DNA of 64,000 nucleotides, from NCBI RefSeq assembly GCF_001194135.2, contig NC_068982.1, forward strand, positions 78,765,237 to 78,829,236. Reading direction: 5' to 3'. Each line of letters starts with the position of its first letter. Position 1 is the stretch's first letter. The notes under the pieces are model-generated. The model ran no database searches. It saw only the letters and a list, made by a program, of their open reading frames with translations, and was not told the origin of the DNA. Source of the stretch: Octopus bimaculoides. Lineage: Eukaryota. Below, one piece after another: positions 11,421 to 24,329 of this stretch. The position numbers and the translations under genes are program-made.

Positions 11421-13889
11421 TGCTGATGCAAGTCAAATCATAAAATAGAAAAATGTATCTAATTCATTCAATTCCTTTCTTTATATCAGTTTCCATCTGT
11501 AAAGATATTTCAGAAACTTCAAAATCTACTATTTTTCAAAGTATAGACATCAGTCAGTGATTTTACATGTATTATTTATATATTTGAATGCAGTGTTCTT
11601 GCAGCAGGCATTACCTGCAGTAATTTAGGATATTCCTGTATTTAAAAAAAAAATGGAAATCGATTTTAGAGTAGCTGTTGGATTAAATTATTTGACTTGT
11701 AACTGTAAAGTCAAGAGTTCCAAATCCTCTTAAACCACAGTGCTGCTCTGATTGTTCTGGATTGTCTGTCTGAAAATAGCTGCCACTCCTGCTTTACATG
11801 ATAATTAATGCTAAAAATAGCATTCAGCTACTGTAAAATCATTTACCCCTTAAAACGCCAGCTCAACATACTACCACAACCACCACCACTACTACATCAC
11901 AGTAAAGACACAGTTGCATAACTGAAGTCAGCTTCCATCTACATGCTTTATGCATGTACATGGCTTAATAATCTACATATAATGATATAACTACATAATC
12001 CATCCTTCATATGACCCATACAAATGCAAAGCCAATATCCATATCAAACTGTCTAAATTATGAATAATTGCTGGTGTCTCCGCCTTTGAAAATGGAGAAA
12101 AATAAAAATGGAATTTGAAAGAAAGAAAAGAAAAATGCTAGTTTATCTGGCATACTTTGTACTATGAAGTCTGTAGAATTGTATTAAACCAGGTTGAAAC
12201 AAACCATATTTGATATTCTAGTTAGTTTGTTCCATCTTGAGGGTAGCTATTTGATAATGTCAATAATTAATTCAACAATTGATAAGTGCAAATATGTGAA
12301 TTTTATGATCTAGCAGCTTAAGTAGGCTGCCATGGAGAAATGGATATAAAGCTATTAAAGTATTTTTAACAGCATGAAGCATTTTGCAATAATGATGAAT
12401 ATAATTTAAGTATACCAGTAACATCCTCAAGATGCCAATCAATTTTAGACTTCATTAAGCTTAGATAATTCATAAGTTTAGTCACCAAAATTATTGTGAT
12501 GGTATGAAATAATGTGAGAGAGTGCCAGAAGTTTATGCTCGTATGACATGAAGGAAAGTAAAGACTACTGTTTTGGGTGGAGGTCTTTCATAGGCCTTTG
12601 CTAACAGTTTCTGGAGAGAGAGAGAGAGAGAGATAATAAAAACATGTGTGAAAGGTTAGGAACTTAGATTTGTTGGCTTATCGAAATGAAATGGGTTAGT
12701 CAAGTTGAACTAGTCAAAATTATAAAGAGGGTTTATCACATTGTTGAAATAGTTAGCTTTCTCCTGTGTTGAAAGCTTCCTGTGTATTTAATGAAATATT
12801 TCAAATGATCACTGATGTAATTAATGGATCAATGAAGTCATTAAATGAGTTATAGTTTGACAACATATAGTGAATATAGATTGGAAATTATTGACCTGTA
12901 CTCTATTACCGCTACCGCCTCCCTTCACCTGTGCATATGTATATGTGTATAACATATGCATACACAAAAGTCTATATATTTACTGTTACTAAACCATGCT
13001 GACTTTGGTTATGCAGACTTCATATTCATTTAAAATGAAATGCCATTGAGCTGTAGAGATAAGTTAATATAAGCTGGGGTTTAAGTATTCTTTTCTTTAC
13101 CTCTTTTTTTAGAGGGAAGGACAGTGCCCATGATACTTTACAGGATCTCTGAGATTAGTGAGAAAGAGAGGAAGTTATCTTCAAACTGGAGATCTAGTCC
13201 AAATGTTTTCAACAAAGTGGACTCCACTAATGGCATTCAAGGTACTAAGTCAAATCTCTTCATAGCCTATTTTGCTATGGTGAGATTTGAATGCAGGACA
13301 CTCTATTTGATATTGTGATGAATGTACTTAGTCATTGCTTTGTGTATGTGTGATATATTGTAAGTCAGGTCATAAATTTGTGCTATTGTTAATATAATCC
13401 AGTATAATTGGCACTCGTAGTTGAGTCATCAATTAAACCAGCTCAGCCACTGGGAATACCTTGTGATTAGTGTTTGCTAGAAAGCTTGCAAAAGAAATAT
13501 GAACATTTCGAAGGGCAGAGGGAACTAGCATAGGGTCAATGACTATGTAGTATCAAAGTGCAGGGGCATAGAAGAGGTAAAGAAGTATATTCTAAGACTC
13601 CTAATTTTAGTTAGAGATGGGAAACACCAAATTTTAAACCTACATGAGCTTTTAAACCAAAGTGAACTTCTTAACTACATAGCATGCTTTCACCTCAGTG
13701 TGAAAGAGAGAGAGAGAAAGAGGGGGGGAGAAAGAAAGAAAGAAAGCATGCATGTATATTAGTTGTCAACTAGTCTTTGAGTATGACATCTTGGAATTTC
13801 TTCTTGAGCTTCTTACCTTGTATGACTTTGTAAGTGACTCTTTGTGCCAGCTTTGATCTTCACTTTGTCACACATGTTGCTTGGATTAC

Positions 13890-15332
13890 TACACCTACTT
13901 CATATCATCATGTCCTTTCATGTGCTCTTCAAACTAGCAAGAGAAAAACAGATTCATCCACATATTGACTACTTTTGTCCACAACTTCTGATGTTGCTAC
14001 TTACTTCCTTTTCCTAATTGCTCCTGAATTCTTACCTCTCAAATAATGCATTATCAAAGATTTTCTTCATTTTGCTTTATCAGCAGCTTGTTCTTCCCCG
14101 TTCTCAAAAAAAAAAACCCAACAAAAAAACACATTTCTCCAAGTTTATCTTAAAAATGTCTTTGTACTACTGTTTGGGTTTTAAGTCTTTCTTTTTTCTT
14201 TGTTTCAATTCTCCATAAAACAGTTCCTCTGGAATTCTGGTGTTGCTCATTCAAACAAGATGTCCATGTCACCTTAAAACACTTAGAATAATGATGGCTT
14301 CAATATTAGCCATTTGAGCTTTTTCTAGAACTTTGGTATCCAGGGTTTATATGGTCCACTTCACATCGAGTATGTGTGTCAAACAGCTTTGAAACAGTTC
14401 CAACATCATGACTTGGTATTTGTAGATCATCCAAGTTTCAAAGCCTCACAGTAAAGCTGAAAGTACACTAGTATTGTAGATGGATATCTTTGTGCTTAAT
14501 CTGATTCCATTTTGTGACAAGATTTGCATTATCTGACCACACACTTCCCAGATAAGTAAAATACTTCATCTCTTTTACATCTCCTACTATCTTTGGTGTA
14601 ACATTTTCTTTTCCAGTACCTGCAACATGACTCCTCTTTTCTTCAAATTCATTTCCAAGCTAAAAGCTTTGCATGATGTGTTAAAAACTGTAATCCTACA
14701 GTTCTTGTTGTGTGAGATATTAAATCACAATCATCAACATAATAAAAGTTCCATGACAAAAGATTCAAACACTTTAGTATCTGCGGTAAATTCCTGATGT
14801 TGAACAATCTTATTGTTCTAAATCAGATATAGATTCCCATAGTGTTACCTTTGAATGTTATCATAAATACTGCTGTAAAGAGCAAATAACATTGGTGCAA
14901 GAATGTCTCCTTGCTTTGCTCTGCCCTTAACAGGATAAGGTTCAGATAAATTACTATTAAAGTACAGTTTAGCCTTCATGTTGTCATGCAAAGATTGTAT
15001 CAGGATTGTAAACTTGTTAGGACAACCAGACTTCTTTAACTCATTCCCTAGCATTGATCTGTTGACTGTGTCAAATGCCTTGGTGAGATCAGCAAAGCAT
15101 TGTGTGTGACTCACCAATACCGCAAGACTGGAGAGATGCTATCTTGGTATCCCTGCTTAACAAAAGTGAGGAATCTGAGTATGGAAATTTTTGTGGCATC
15201 TCTGTAAAGGACAAAGCTTGCACAAGAGTTCTGCTGAACATAATAATTTCCACAGTGACAAATGACATTTTTCCAGAAGCACAATGTGATTTTAGAGTAC
15301 AAAGAACAACTAGCAACACGTTATTTTTTGCA
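13890..15332 (-). mobile_element. BovB-like RTE LINE remnant with an inverted 5' segment (15103-15332 on +)
   Basis: Minus strand: FADLTKAFDTVN, KQGDILAP, YVDDC, FTYLGS, GFETW, GHLV, C-terminal C/H finger remnant. Plus strand 15103-15332: IPQDWRDA...GNFCGIS...PEAQCDFR...LFFA, the RT segment that normally precedes DLTKAFD. Confidence 0.85.
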
Positions 15333-15348
15333 TGTATGTATACATATA

Positions 15349-16008
15349 CAGACTGTCCTCATTTAACGACCGAGTTATGTTCCAACAGCCCCATCGTTAA
15401 GCAAATTTGTCGTTAAACGAATATTCATAGGGTACGTATTTTTTTTATAGGTATAGTGTACTGTACGTACATATAAAAACAGAATACCGTACTCTATAAA
15501 GTATATGCAGTACAGGGCCAAGAATCACTAACATAACTTGTTGAAAAATGAATAAGTAACAGTAAGATTATCTCAAGGAAAACCTTAAAAGTTAGGATAT
15601 GGATGCTGTATTATTGTAGCTCAGACATCGTAAGTATGTTTGTGATTCCAGACCCAATACATAAGATGCCTAATAAACTTCTCTCTGGATTATATAGAAA
15701 AGACGAAAAGGCTTAAAGGAAACTCAAACATAATAACTTTGTTTTACTTCGGATAAAGATTACAAAAGTAACTCATTCTTGACATCAAAATGCATGAAAA
15801 ATCCTGTCAGTGTTGTTTGCTTTGTTATCTTCTTTTTTTCATCATAAGTTTCTCAATAACATCGGAAAAGTTCAGTTGTCTGCCTTTCCACCTTGGAAAA
15901 TCGATCAAAATTTGGATCCATCGCCTCAAGTTCTGTTTTGTAAAATATGTAATGACGGTTCGTAAAGTTCGTCGTAACTCCAAGTGGTCGTTAAATGAGG
16001 ACAGTCTG
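15349..16008. mobile_element. pogo/Tigger-type MITE, 660 bp
   Basis: Perfect 23-bp TIR CAGACTGTCCTCATTTAACGACC; TA on the left and CA on the right (probably a mutated TA); no coding capacity. Confidence 0.9.
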
Positions 16009-17149
16009 CATATATGTGCATGTGTGTTAGTAAAACACAGACATCTTTGCCAGAAGAAGTTTAATAAGAACCAGTTTACTTTCATCTCTGAATAAATAAA
16101 TAAATAGTTTCATCTCAGTATTGACTGTTTTCTCTCCCTCTGCTCTCTGTGTCTCACACACATGCACACATTTTGTTGCTTATGTTCAAATACTGTGTCT
16201 TTACAATTAAAATAATAATATATGTATCAAATTGTCTTGCTAATTGTCTTCAAAAACTGAACAATGCTTTATCTAACTGCTTTTATGAGAATGCATTTAT
16301 TAATTTTTTTCTGTTAATTTTGCATTCAAATTATTCTTCATTGAACAATTACTTAAGAATTTTAGTAATCATTCAACCTGAAGTGTATTTCAGTTTTCTT
16401 TTGTATATGGAATAGTAATATTTTAAACCAAAAATAAGCTTCTAATGAATTCAGTGTTTCCCTTAAGTTGATATCAGTAAAAAGACATTAAAATAAATTG
16501 CTAAAATATGTACATATATGCGCAACCACACACACATGCATGCTGATGCACACACATGTGCACAAACACAGACAAAAAAGAATGTAGCTCCAATAACAGA
16601 CAGTCAACATTCATTGACAAGTTTACAAAAGGCAACAAAAATTTTGGAAGAAAAAATATAATAAACGAGTGGAAATCAAACCGGTGTGTGTGTTAGATAA
16701 TAAGGCATTAAGACACTATGACTCTTCTCAGACAAAACATAAAAAGTTAGCTTATAGCTAGGTATGTTACAGCATTTTCAGTTGACTCTTATGGGGTATG
16801 ATGGTAAATTGTAGTAGGATAATTATAATTTTTTCATATTCATGTATGTTTAGTTTCACAATTTGAATATATATATATTATGTTGTAAATTTTTCTGCAT
16901 TTATACCAACAGAAATAACCTGTTTTCAACACTTGTAATGCATATATAATGCAGTCTCATTAGAAAAGTGCAAGTTCAGCTAGGCATGCATTTGCACGTT
17001 TATTTACTGGTATTACTTAATGCATCATTAAAATTTGACAATTAATCTATAGTTCTACATTTCATCATAGCTGATATTTTAGAACCTCCCCTTCACTTTT
17101 CTTTTACTTGATCTAAGTTAACATGAAGAAATAATTTTTATATGAATAT

Positions 17150-17470
17150 AACTGTTTGGCTATGTTGTTAAGAAGTTTGTTTTGTAACCATGTGATTTCA
17201 TTTTCAGCCATATTGCATGACACCCTAGCCACCACCCAACAAATGCTTTGAGAGTGAATGTTTATATTTTGCACTTTGGAAAATTACTGAGCCATAGATA
17301 GTAACACTGTTGGCAGTTCCCTGCCCACAAGTTATTTGGCCACTCTCCCTTACTTGGAAATTTGTAAGTGTAAGAATTACTGACAAGAAGAGCAACTGGC
17401 TGTGATAACAATGCCTTGATAATTGTTTAACCCAAACTTGCATGGAAAAACAAACATAAAATGAATGAGC
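17150..17470 (+). mobile_element. Degraded tRNA-type SINE with RTE-type tail
   Basis: Head ggctatgttgttaagaagtttg; tail acaagaagagcaactggctgtg...ttgcatggaaaaa. Confidence 0.55.
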
Positions 17471-17964
17471 AATCAATAATCACCACACTGTAATACTGTT
17501 TTGTGTTGAGTGTGTTGGAGTACATTAACACCTCAGGATTTAAACTAACCACATCTGGTCCAAATATTTTACCTGTTTTATTTTCAAACCAGCCACTTCT
17601 GGTTTCACACATACCTTACATTGAGTAAATAAGCATTACTTTTGACAGAGTAATCTGAATGCCAAAGCGTTAAACTATTTTATAGTTCTTCGCTTTCAGG
17701 TTTTTAGAGTTAAAGCAGAACAAGTTGAAACCACTTTTTACATAAATTTTTGAGATAGGAATAAGTTATGAAAACCTGTTACACTAGGTTTCATATTGAA
17801 GTGATTCTTAATTAGTGACATTCAGAACAAATAATCTCATGGCAACAAAGCTCGTTTTCAGGCAATATTTTCTCTGAAATGGTTTTCTATTTGAAAGAAA
17901 GACAGATTGAATTTCTTAAATACGATGTTTTTTAGCTCTTTGCTTTGTGTTTAAAATGTTATTT

Positions 17965-17967
17965 TGT

Positions 17968-18020
<53 letters not shown>
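17965..18020. repeat. (TG)n microsatellite 71 nt upstream of a CK1-gamma acceptor
   Basis: 56-nt TG tract with one interruption. Confidence 0.95.
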
Positions 18021-18025
<5 letters not shown>

Positions 18026-18091
18026 TTAAAATTTTCATGTTTGTCTTTAATATTTTTGACTGAAATCCTTTTAATTTTCTTTTTATTGTAG

Positions 18092-18240
18092 AAGGCATAC
18101 CTCAAGTGTATTATTTTGGCCCTTGTGGAAGGTACAATGCCCTTGTGTTGGAGTTACTCGGGCCAAGTTTAGAGGACTTATTTGATATGTGTGACCGGCG
18201 ATTCACTTTAAAAACTGTCCTTATGATTGGTATACAGCTC
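18092..18240 (+). CDS. CSNK1G: Casein kinase I gamma, internal coding exon (149 nt, phase 1 to 0)
   Basis: ttattgtAG|AA GGC ATA CCT...CAG CTC|GTAAGT. Translates (E)[49 protein letters not shown], the CK1 hinge region. Not in the ORF track. Confidence 0.97.
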
Positions 18241-18992
18241 GTAAGTATATTTTAATTATATATCATATCATTTGTTACATCTAGATGGGTTACATCATTG
18301 TATAACAAAGTTTCAAATTAGTAAAAAAGAGGAAAATTGTCTAATACATCTACTTGAGATGATTTTAAAAAAATTTGGTTGTTATTTTATGATGTCAAAG
18401 CAATTGTTTTTACAGCTGGGTCTCCTGATGACCATGAACTCTTCGATCAAAAAGAAATGGGACCTAATGTCATCTAGTGTAAAATACTTTTCCTAGGGTT
18501 GCAAGATTTGAATTCCAACCATTTATGCAATCACAGTTTTAACTCAGACCATTTATGCAGTCACAGTTTTAATTAATGTAGTCTGTTGCAGTTATTTATT
18601 TTGGTGCTCTATATTTTCCCCATCCTCAGCAAATTGCTTTCAATAACCTGTGTTTTACATTATTACCTTGTCCTGAATTTTATAAATTATTTTTAATTTA
18701 CAATTTTAATCAAATCTTAATGAATTAAAGTTTTCTATGGTTTATCTCTTTATTGCATTTATCAAAAGTTATTTATGTTGACTACCAATTTGAGAATGGT
18801 TGTTTGTAAACATGTTATGTGCATGAGATACCTGTTGCCTTTTTACAGTTCTTGCTGTTTTGAAAGTACAAAATTTATGAAGGCTGGTTACACTTGCCTC
18901 AATCAATCTACTGGAATATATTAAACATTCTATTTGTTGAATAAGTGACTTTAGCAAAGATGTAGATTTTATGTTCTTTTTTTTTTTTGAAA

Positions 18993-19169
18993 GGTGCAGG
19001 TGTGGTTAAGATAGGCGTAAACATAGTTATTTGGTTAGGAAGCTTCCTTCCCAGCCATGTGGCTTCAGGTTCAGTCTGTGTGGCATCTTGGACAAGTGCC
19101 TTCTACTATAGCTACTGGCTGACTAAGGCTTTATGAGTGGATTTAGTTGACAGAGACTGAAAGAAGCCT

Positions 19170-19205
<36 letters not shown>

Positions 19206-19443
19206 CTTGTTTTGATGTAGCATGATAGCTGTAAATGAATGTCGCTGTCATGCAAGCACTGTCACTCATTTCCAATATTTTGCATAAACATGTCTAGCCA
19301 TGGGTTATATTACTTGCTTGGAAACAAGTGTGAGTTGGTAACAAGAGGGGCATCAGGACAAAGCAAATCTATTTCATCAAATTATATCTGACCCATGCGA
19401 GCATGGAAAAGTGGACATTAAAATGATAATGATGATAGTGATG
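18993..19443 (+). mobile_element. tRNA/CORE-type SINE, near full length (head, core, (TG)n, RTE-type tail)
   Basis: A/B-box-like head ggttaggaag...ggttcagtc, core ggcatcttggacaagtg, (TG)n, tail gcatggaaaagtggacattaaaatgat. Confidence 0.85.
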
Positions 19444-19890
19444 AATCATATAATATTTGTGCTATTTTTTATTTTGATCATTTAGGTTAACAAAATACAG
19501 GGATGGTTAACACCTTTGTACTGTATTAACTACCCAGTCATTGTGTATATTAAATGGGTAGAGCATTTGTTGAATTTGTTATTTGAAGAAAGCTTTAAAA
19601 CAAAAACAAAATGTATTTGTATTTGTTTTTATCATCAACATGTACCATGCTCCCTTCTTGAAAAATGAAAACAAAAGATATTAACTTTTAGGATTAAGGA
19701 ATTCCGTATCTTGAAAATAATTCATTTTTGTTAGAAATTCATATTGTTTATCATTTATTTGGGTCAGTTATTAAACTGTGACCATACTGGGGCACTGCCT
19801 TAAAGAATTTAGTCAAACACAATTGACCTCAGTTACTTATTTTTAAGTCTGATACTTATTCTATCATTCCCTTTTAATGAACCACTTAGT

Positions 19891-20122
19891 GACAGGAGAC
19901 ATAAACAAACCAACACTGGTTGTCAGGAGAGCAGTTGTAAAGACACACACACACACACATTTGTACAACATGCTTCTGTCTACTAAATTCACTACAAAGT
20001 GTTGGTCAGCCAATGGCTGTAGTAGGAGACACTTGCCCAAGATGCTGTACAGTGGGACTGAACCCTAACTCACGTGGTTGCAAAGCATATTTCTTAATCA
20101 CATAGCCATGCCTGTACCTGTA
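19891..20122 (-). mobile_element. tRNA/CORE-type SINE, head half
   Basis: Reverse complement of head and core: acacttgcccaagatgc...gggactgaacc...cttaatcacatagccatgcctgtacc. Confidence 0.85.
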
Positions 20123-20617
20123 TCTAGATTTATCATTTTTATCATCACCTTCAGTTTTAATTGTATATTTTTCATATGAAGTTATGTTTTACTCCTCATT
20201 TCTTTTTATCTTTGTCTTGCTCTCATTTTTTATTCCTGCTTTTCTTCTTGTTTTTTTTTTGTTTGTTTTTTTGTCTTAGATAGTTTTCTGACTTCAACTG
20301 GTTTGTTCTACACTTGACAGCTCTATTCCCTTTATGTTAAATAATTCATATTCTGCTTGTGACAGTTTTATGTTACATAACAATTAGGACATAACTCGCA
20401 CTCACTTAATTCCAGATGTTGCAAATTTTGTCTTAGGTTACTTACTCATGTTTCATTGTGGTATAGCAAAAGGTTGCTTTTTATATAATGTAAGGTTGTT
20501 TTTTTTTAATGCAAAATGACAAACTTTGTGCTATATGTAAACAGCAGTTTTCTTTTGGTATATACTCTGAGTATTAACTACTTTGCCATCTTAAGGAATA
20601 TATCTAAGATTGATTAA

Positions 20618-20822
20618 CTCTCCTGTGATCATATTTCTGTTGAAATAGATTTTGTTTGTCTAATTTAATTTTGAAAACAATGAGGTACAGGCATGGCTGT
20701 GTGGTTAAGAAGTTTACTTCCCAACCGCATGGTTTCAGGTTGTCTTAGTGCAAGGCACTTTGGGCAAGTACCTTCTATTATAGCCCTAGGTTGACCTTGT
20801 AAGTGAAACTGAAAAAAGCATG

Positions 20823-20879
<57 letters not shown>

Positions 20880-21268
20880 TATATATGTGTGTAATGTATG
20901 TATGTAATAATCTATGTTTGTGTCTCTTTGTCTTCATAGTTGTAAAATGATAATCACTGTCATATAAGTATGATCATTCATTTCCAATATTCTGCTTAAA
21001 AATGTTTGGTCATGGGAAAACAAGAAGAGCATGTGGCTGTATAAAATCTGCTTCAATAAAACTCAGTCTGCCCCATGCAAGCTTGGAAAAGTGAACATTA
21101 AAAACAATGATGATGGATTTTATAAAATAATTTTGTTATTAATAAAGTTGGTGTGTAGGATATAAATTATCATGAGATTTTGATGGTAGGTTTTAATTTG
21201 GATCGTTATGGAACAGGAAGTTTGTCATAGAACCAGGGACAATCTCAGGTTGGTTGGTAACAAAAGGA
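20618..21268. mobile_element. piggyBac-type MITE family 2, split by a SINE insertion
   Basis: 20618-20683 resembles the start of 39339 and 39505; 21120-21268 resembles the remainder (reverse complement of 56021-56150); flanked by TTAA and TCAA. Confidence 0.7.
20684..21117 (+). mobile_element. tRNA/CORE-type SINE with a (CT)n middle
   Basis: ggtacaggcatggctgtgtggttaagaag head; tail gcttggaaaagtgaacattaa...gatgatg. Confidence 0.85.
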
Positions 21269-21726
21269 TCAAGTTACCAAGATTTAAAAAAAAAACAAAA
21301 GTGTCAGTGAATTGGTATATCTTGTTTTTAGTGAGTCATAGTTGATATCTACAGTTTTTGTGCAGTCTGAATAACTTTAGTAAGTATTGCTGCATTGATA
21401 TTGTCTGGCAAGCGTGTGCGCCTGTTGCCTTGATAATAACAACTATTGAGAATACAAGACTGAAATGGTTATGTGAATGAGATATTAGTTTACAAACTCA
21501 GAGGTTACAAGTTCAAATCAGTTGCATATATTTTGTGTTTACAGGTAAAGTGTCTCATTCTCTGTGTCCCAGTTAACCTTGCTGTTGAATTTCCTGGGGA
21601 AAGGCCAGTAGTTTTGATCATGTATTGATTGTTACTTCTGATATGAAAAATGAAGTAGCTGATTAAAGAAGCTGGTGTCAGTTTATAACATTAACCTATA
21701 GAATATATAAATATATGCTTTATTAG

Positions 21727-21889
21727 ACATGTCTTCCTGTCTGCATCTTTCACCTGTTTCCAAGTAAGGCAATATTTACCCTTAGCCCCAGGCATGTTTC
21801 TTGTGGAAAGCTGGAAATGAATGACATTGCATGTATGACAGTGATACTCATTTACAACCACCATGTGATGTCAAAACAAGGAGATATAA

Positions 21890-21933
<44 letters not shown>

Positions 21934-22092
21934 AGGCATGCAAAATATGCTTCTTTCAGTTTCTGTCTACTAAATCCACTCACAAAGCTTTAGTCAAACA
22001 AGGGCTGTAGAAGGTGCTGTGCAGTGGTACTGAACCAGAGACCACATGATTGGGAAGCAGGCTTCTTAACCACACAACCACATCTGCACCTA
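21727..22092 (-). mobile_element. tRNA/CORE-type SINE with an (AC)n middle
   Basis: Reverse-complement family motifs on both sides of (AC)n. Confidence 0.85.
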
Positions 22093-22771
22093 TAAAATCT
22101 AAAATTGGTGCAAACTCTTACTTAAAGATTATATTGTTCACTTTCGATACTGACTGGTATCCCACTTAATATGCTCTACAAAATTATTGAGTATTCTCAA
22201 AGTTATGTTGATTGTTGAGTAATAGGTTAACTAAATATGAGCATTATACTTAGTATTGCCTATACTCTAACAAATATCTGTAGAAGTGTGATAAAAGGTG
22301 ATAGGCTTAGTTCCTCTGTCTGCTGTGTTTCCTTTTACTTGAGGCTTTTGTTGAAGAGAAGCCATTTCATTGCTATTGGTTTATTTTGGCTTACTTACAT
22401 AAACAGGTATTTTGGTTTAATAAACAGTATTGTTATGTTATTCCTTTGTTGAGGTAATCTTGTAGATTAATTCTCTGAAGCAGTTAAGTCTGCCAATGAA
22501 CTGGTAGCTCTAATAGAGGATTTTAGCTTTTGTTTTTAAATGTGTACTTTCTCAGCAAATCTTAAATATTGCTTGCTCTGCAAGATTTATATTAAAACTA
22601 GTTATTTTCTTTTATCTTCTCTATTTTGGTCACTTTTACACCTTCTTACTCCAACAATTTCTTAATCGTGGCAAATTTAAACATTAGTCTCATTCTAATT
22701 AGCAGATATTTATACTAAATAGATTTACTTTGAAAAATTATTCCTCATCCAGTTCAGCATAATAATTTATT

Positions 22772-22935
22772 AGGCACAGTATAGCTGGATGGTTAAGCAT
22801 TAACTTCACAACCACAAGGTCCGGAGTTCAATCTTATTGCATGGAATTTTGAGCAAATGTAATTTTTTTATAGCCTTGGATCATCACATACCTTCTGAGT
22901 AAAATTGGGTAGACAGAAACTGTAATGAAAGCTCA
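22772..22935 (+). mobile_element. SINE head fragment
   Basis: aggcacagtatagctggatggttaag...gagttcaatc...gtagacagaaactg. Confidence 0.65.
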
Positions 22936-24329
22936 TCAGATGGATGAAGATGATAACAGTAATGATAATAAATGCAGTTTTGAAGAATACATCCTGAGTG
23001 CTCTTTTCTGATATTGGTATTATTCTTGGCACACATTCTACCACCATTAGTTGTTTTTCTCTTTTGTAGAATTTGGTTCCATTCAGAGGGATATCTCTCT
23101 GATAGGCTGACTTTATCCCAACATATTTTCTTGATGAGTATACTACTTTGAATTGTGTTGCAATATTTACTTGGAATTCCAAGTGGTTGCACCACTTTTG
23201 AGTGCCTCTCAGTTTACTATATCATAAAAATACTTCAACAATGCTTACTTTTACTATGTACCTTGCTAGCTATTGCCACCCCAACCACCATTTCTAAGCC
23301 AGTCAACCAAGAGCTCACCATCTGATCTATTGCGATCAACTGTTTTACAAATGCCATTTCCATCCACATGTAGTAGGACATCTAAAATGAATTTGCTTTT
23401 TTATCTCTGTGTGCAATCACTAGGAAATTTCCTGTCTGCTATTGGTTTATTTCACATCTTCTTCCCACTCCCATATCCAGTGGCAACAGTTTCTATTTAT
23501 AATCACCGGCACATTTATCCAAATATTCCCTCTGTTTCTAAGCCTTCTGTAAGTTTAATTAAACTACAGTAGTGAGCAAAGAAAAAAAAATAAATAAATA
23601 AAATTCAATGTTGGTTGTTGCATGGGATTGATATTTTCCAGACTTCATTATATCCTATGTCATATTGACTAGCACAATTGTCTTTTTTTATTTTTTGTGT
23701 ATAAAAGTGATACCTAGTGCATATACTTTCATAGCCCTTTGTGTTGACTTAACATGTATTGCCAGAATGTATCTGAATGTATCCCTCCATCCCTTCATGT
23801 GAACAGTCTTTTCTCTTGGTTCCTAACAAGTTTCAAAAATATCCTTTATACAGTAGACAGAAAAGAGTTTTACTCTAGATAATAAGGTCTGGTTTCTTCC
23901 AAAAAATTTGAAGAGATATTTTAAATTACCATTCCATTCAATATCAGGAATTAACACATTCTTACTTTCAAAATCACCCTTTACACTCACAGAAACATTG
24001 AACCAGTTAGATGTCTGCCATGCTGTTACCCTTTTTGTATCATTGATTTGCAATATCAAATGAAATTCTTCTGATTACATCATCAAGATTGTTTCCCACC
24101 CACCCACTCTTGCAGTATATTGAGGCAGTGTTCTACGGCCAGATGTCCTTCCTGTCACTAACCCATACTTGTCTTTGCATATCAAACTACTGAGCTGTAA
24201 GAGATATTGTTTACAAAACAAATGTCTTCACCATGTGGTGTCAGTTTTAAGACTTAGAGAGATAAACTCTCCCCCCCCTCTCATATACTGTACTACATCC
24301 CATTGGTCTATCCCCTTCAAATTTTCTCC

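Noticed and set aside
22868-23195. Possible Penelope GIY-YIG remnant (VVYSSRKYVG)
   Set aside because: Only a vague motif, with no conserved Arg/His/Glu downstream and no RT nearby; needs an HMM search.
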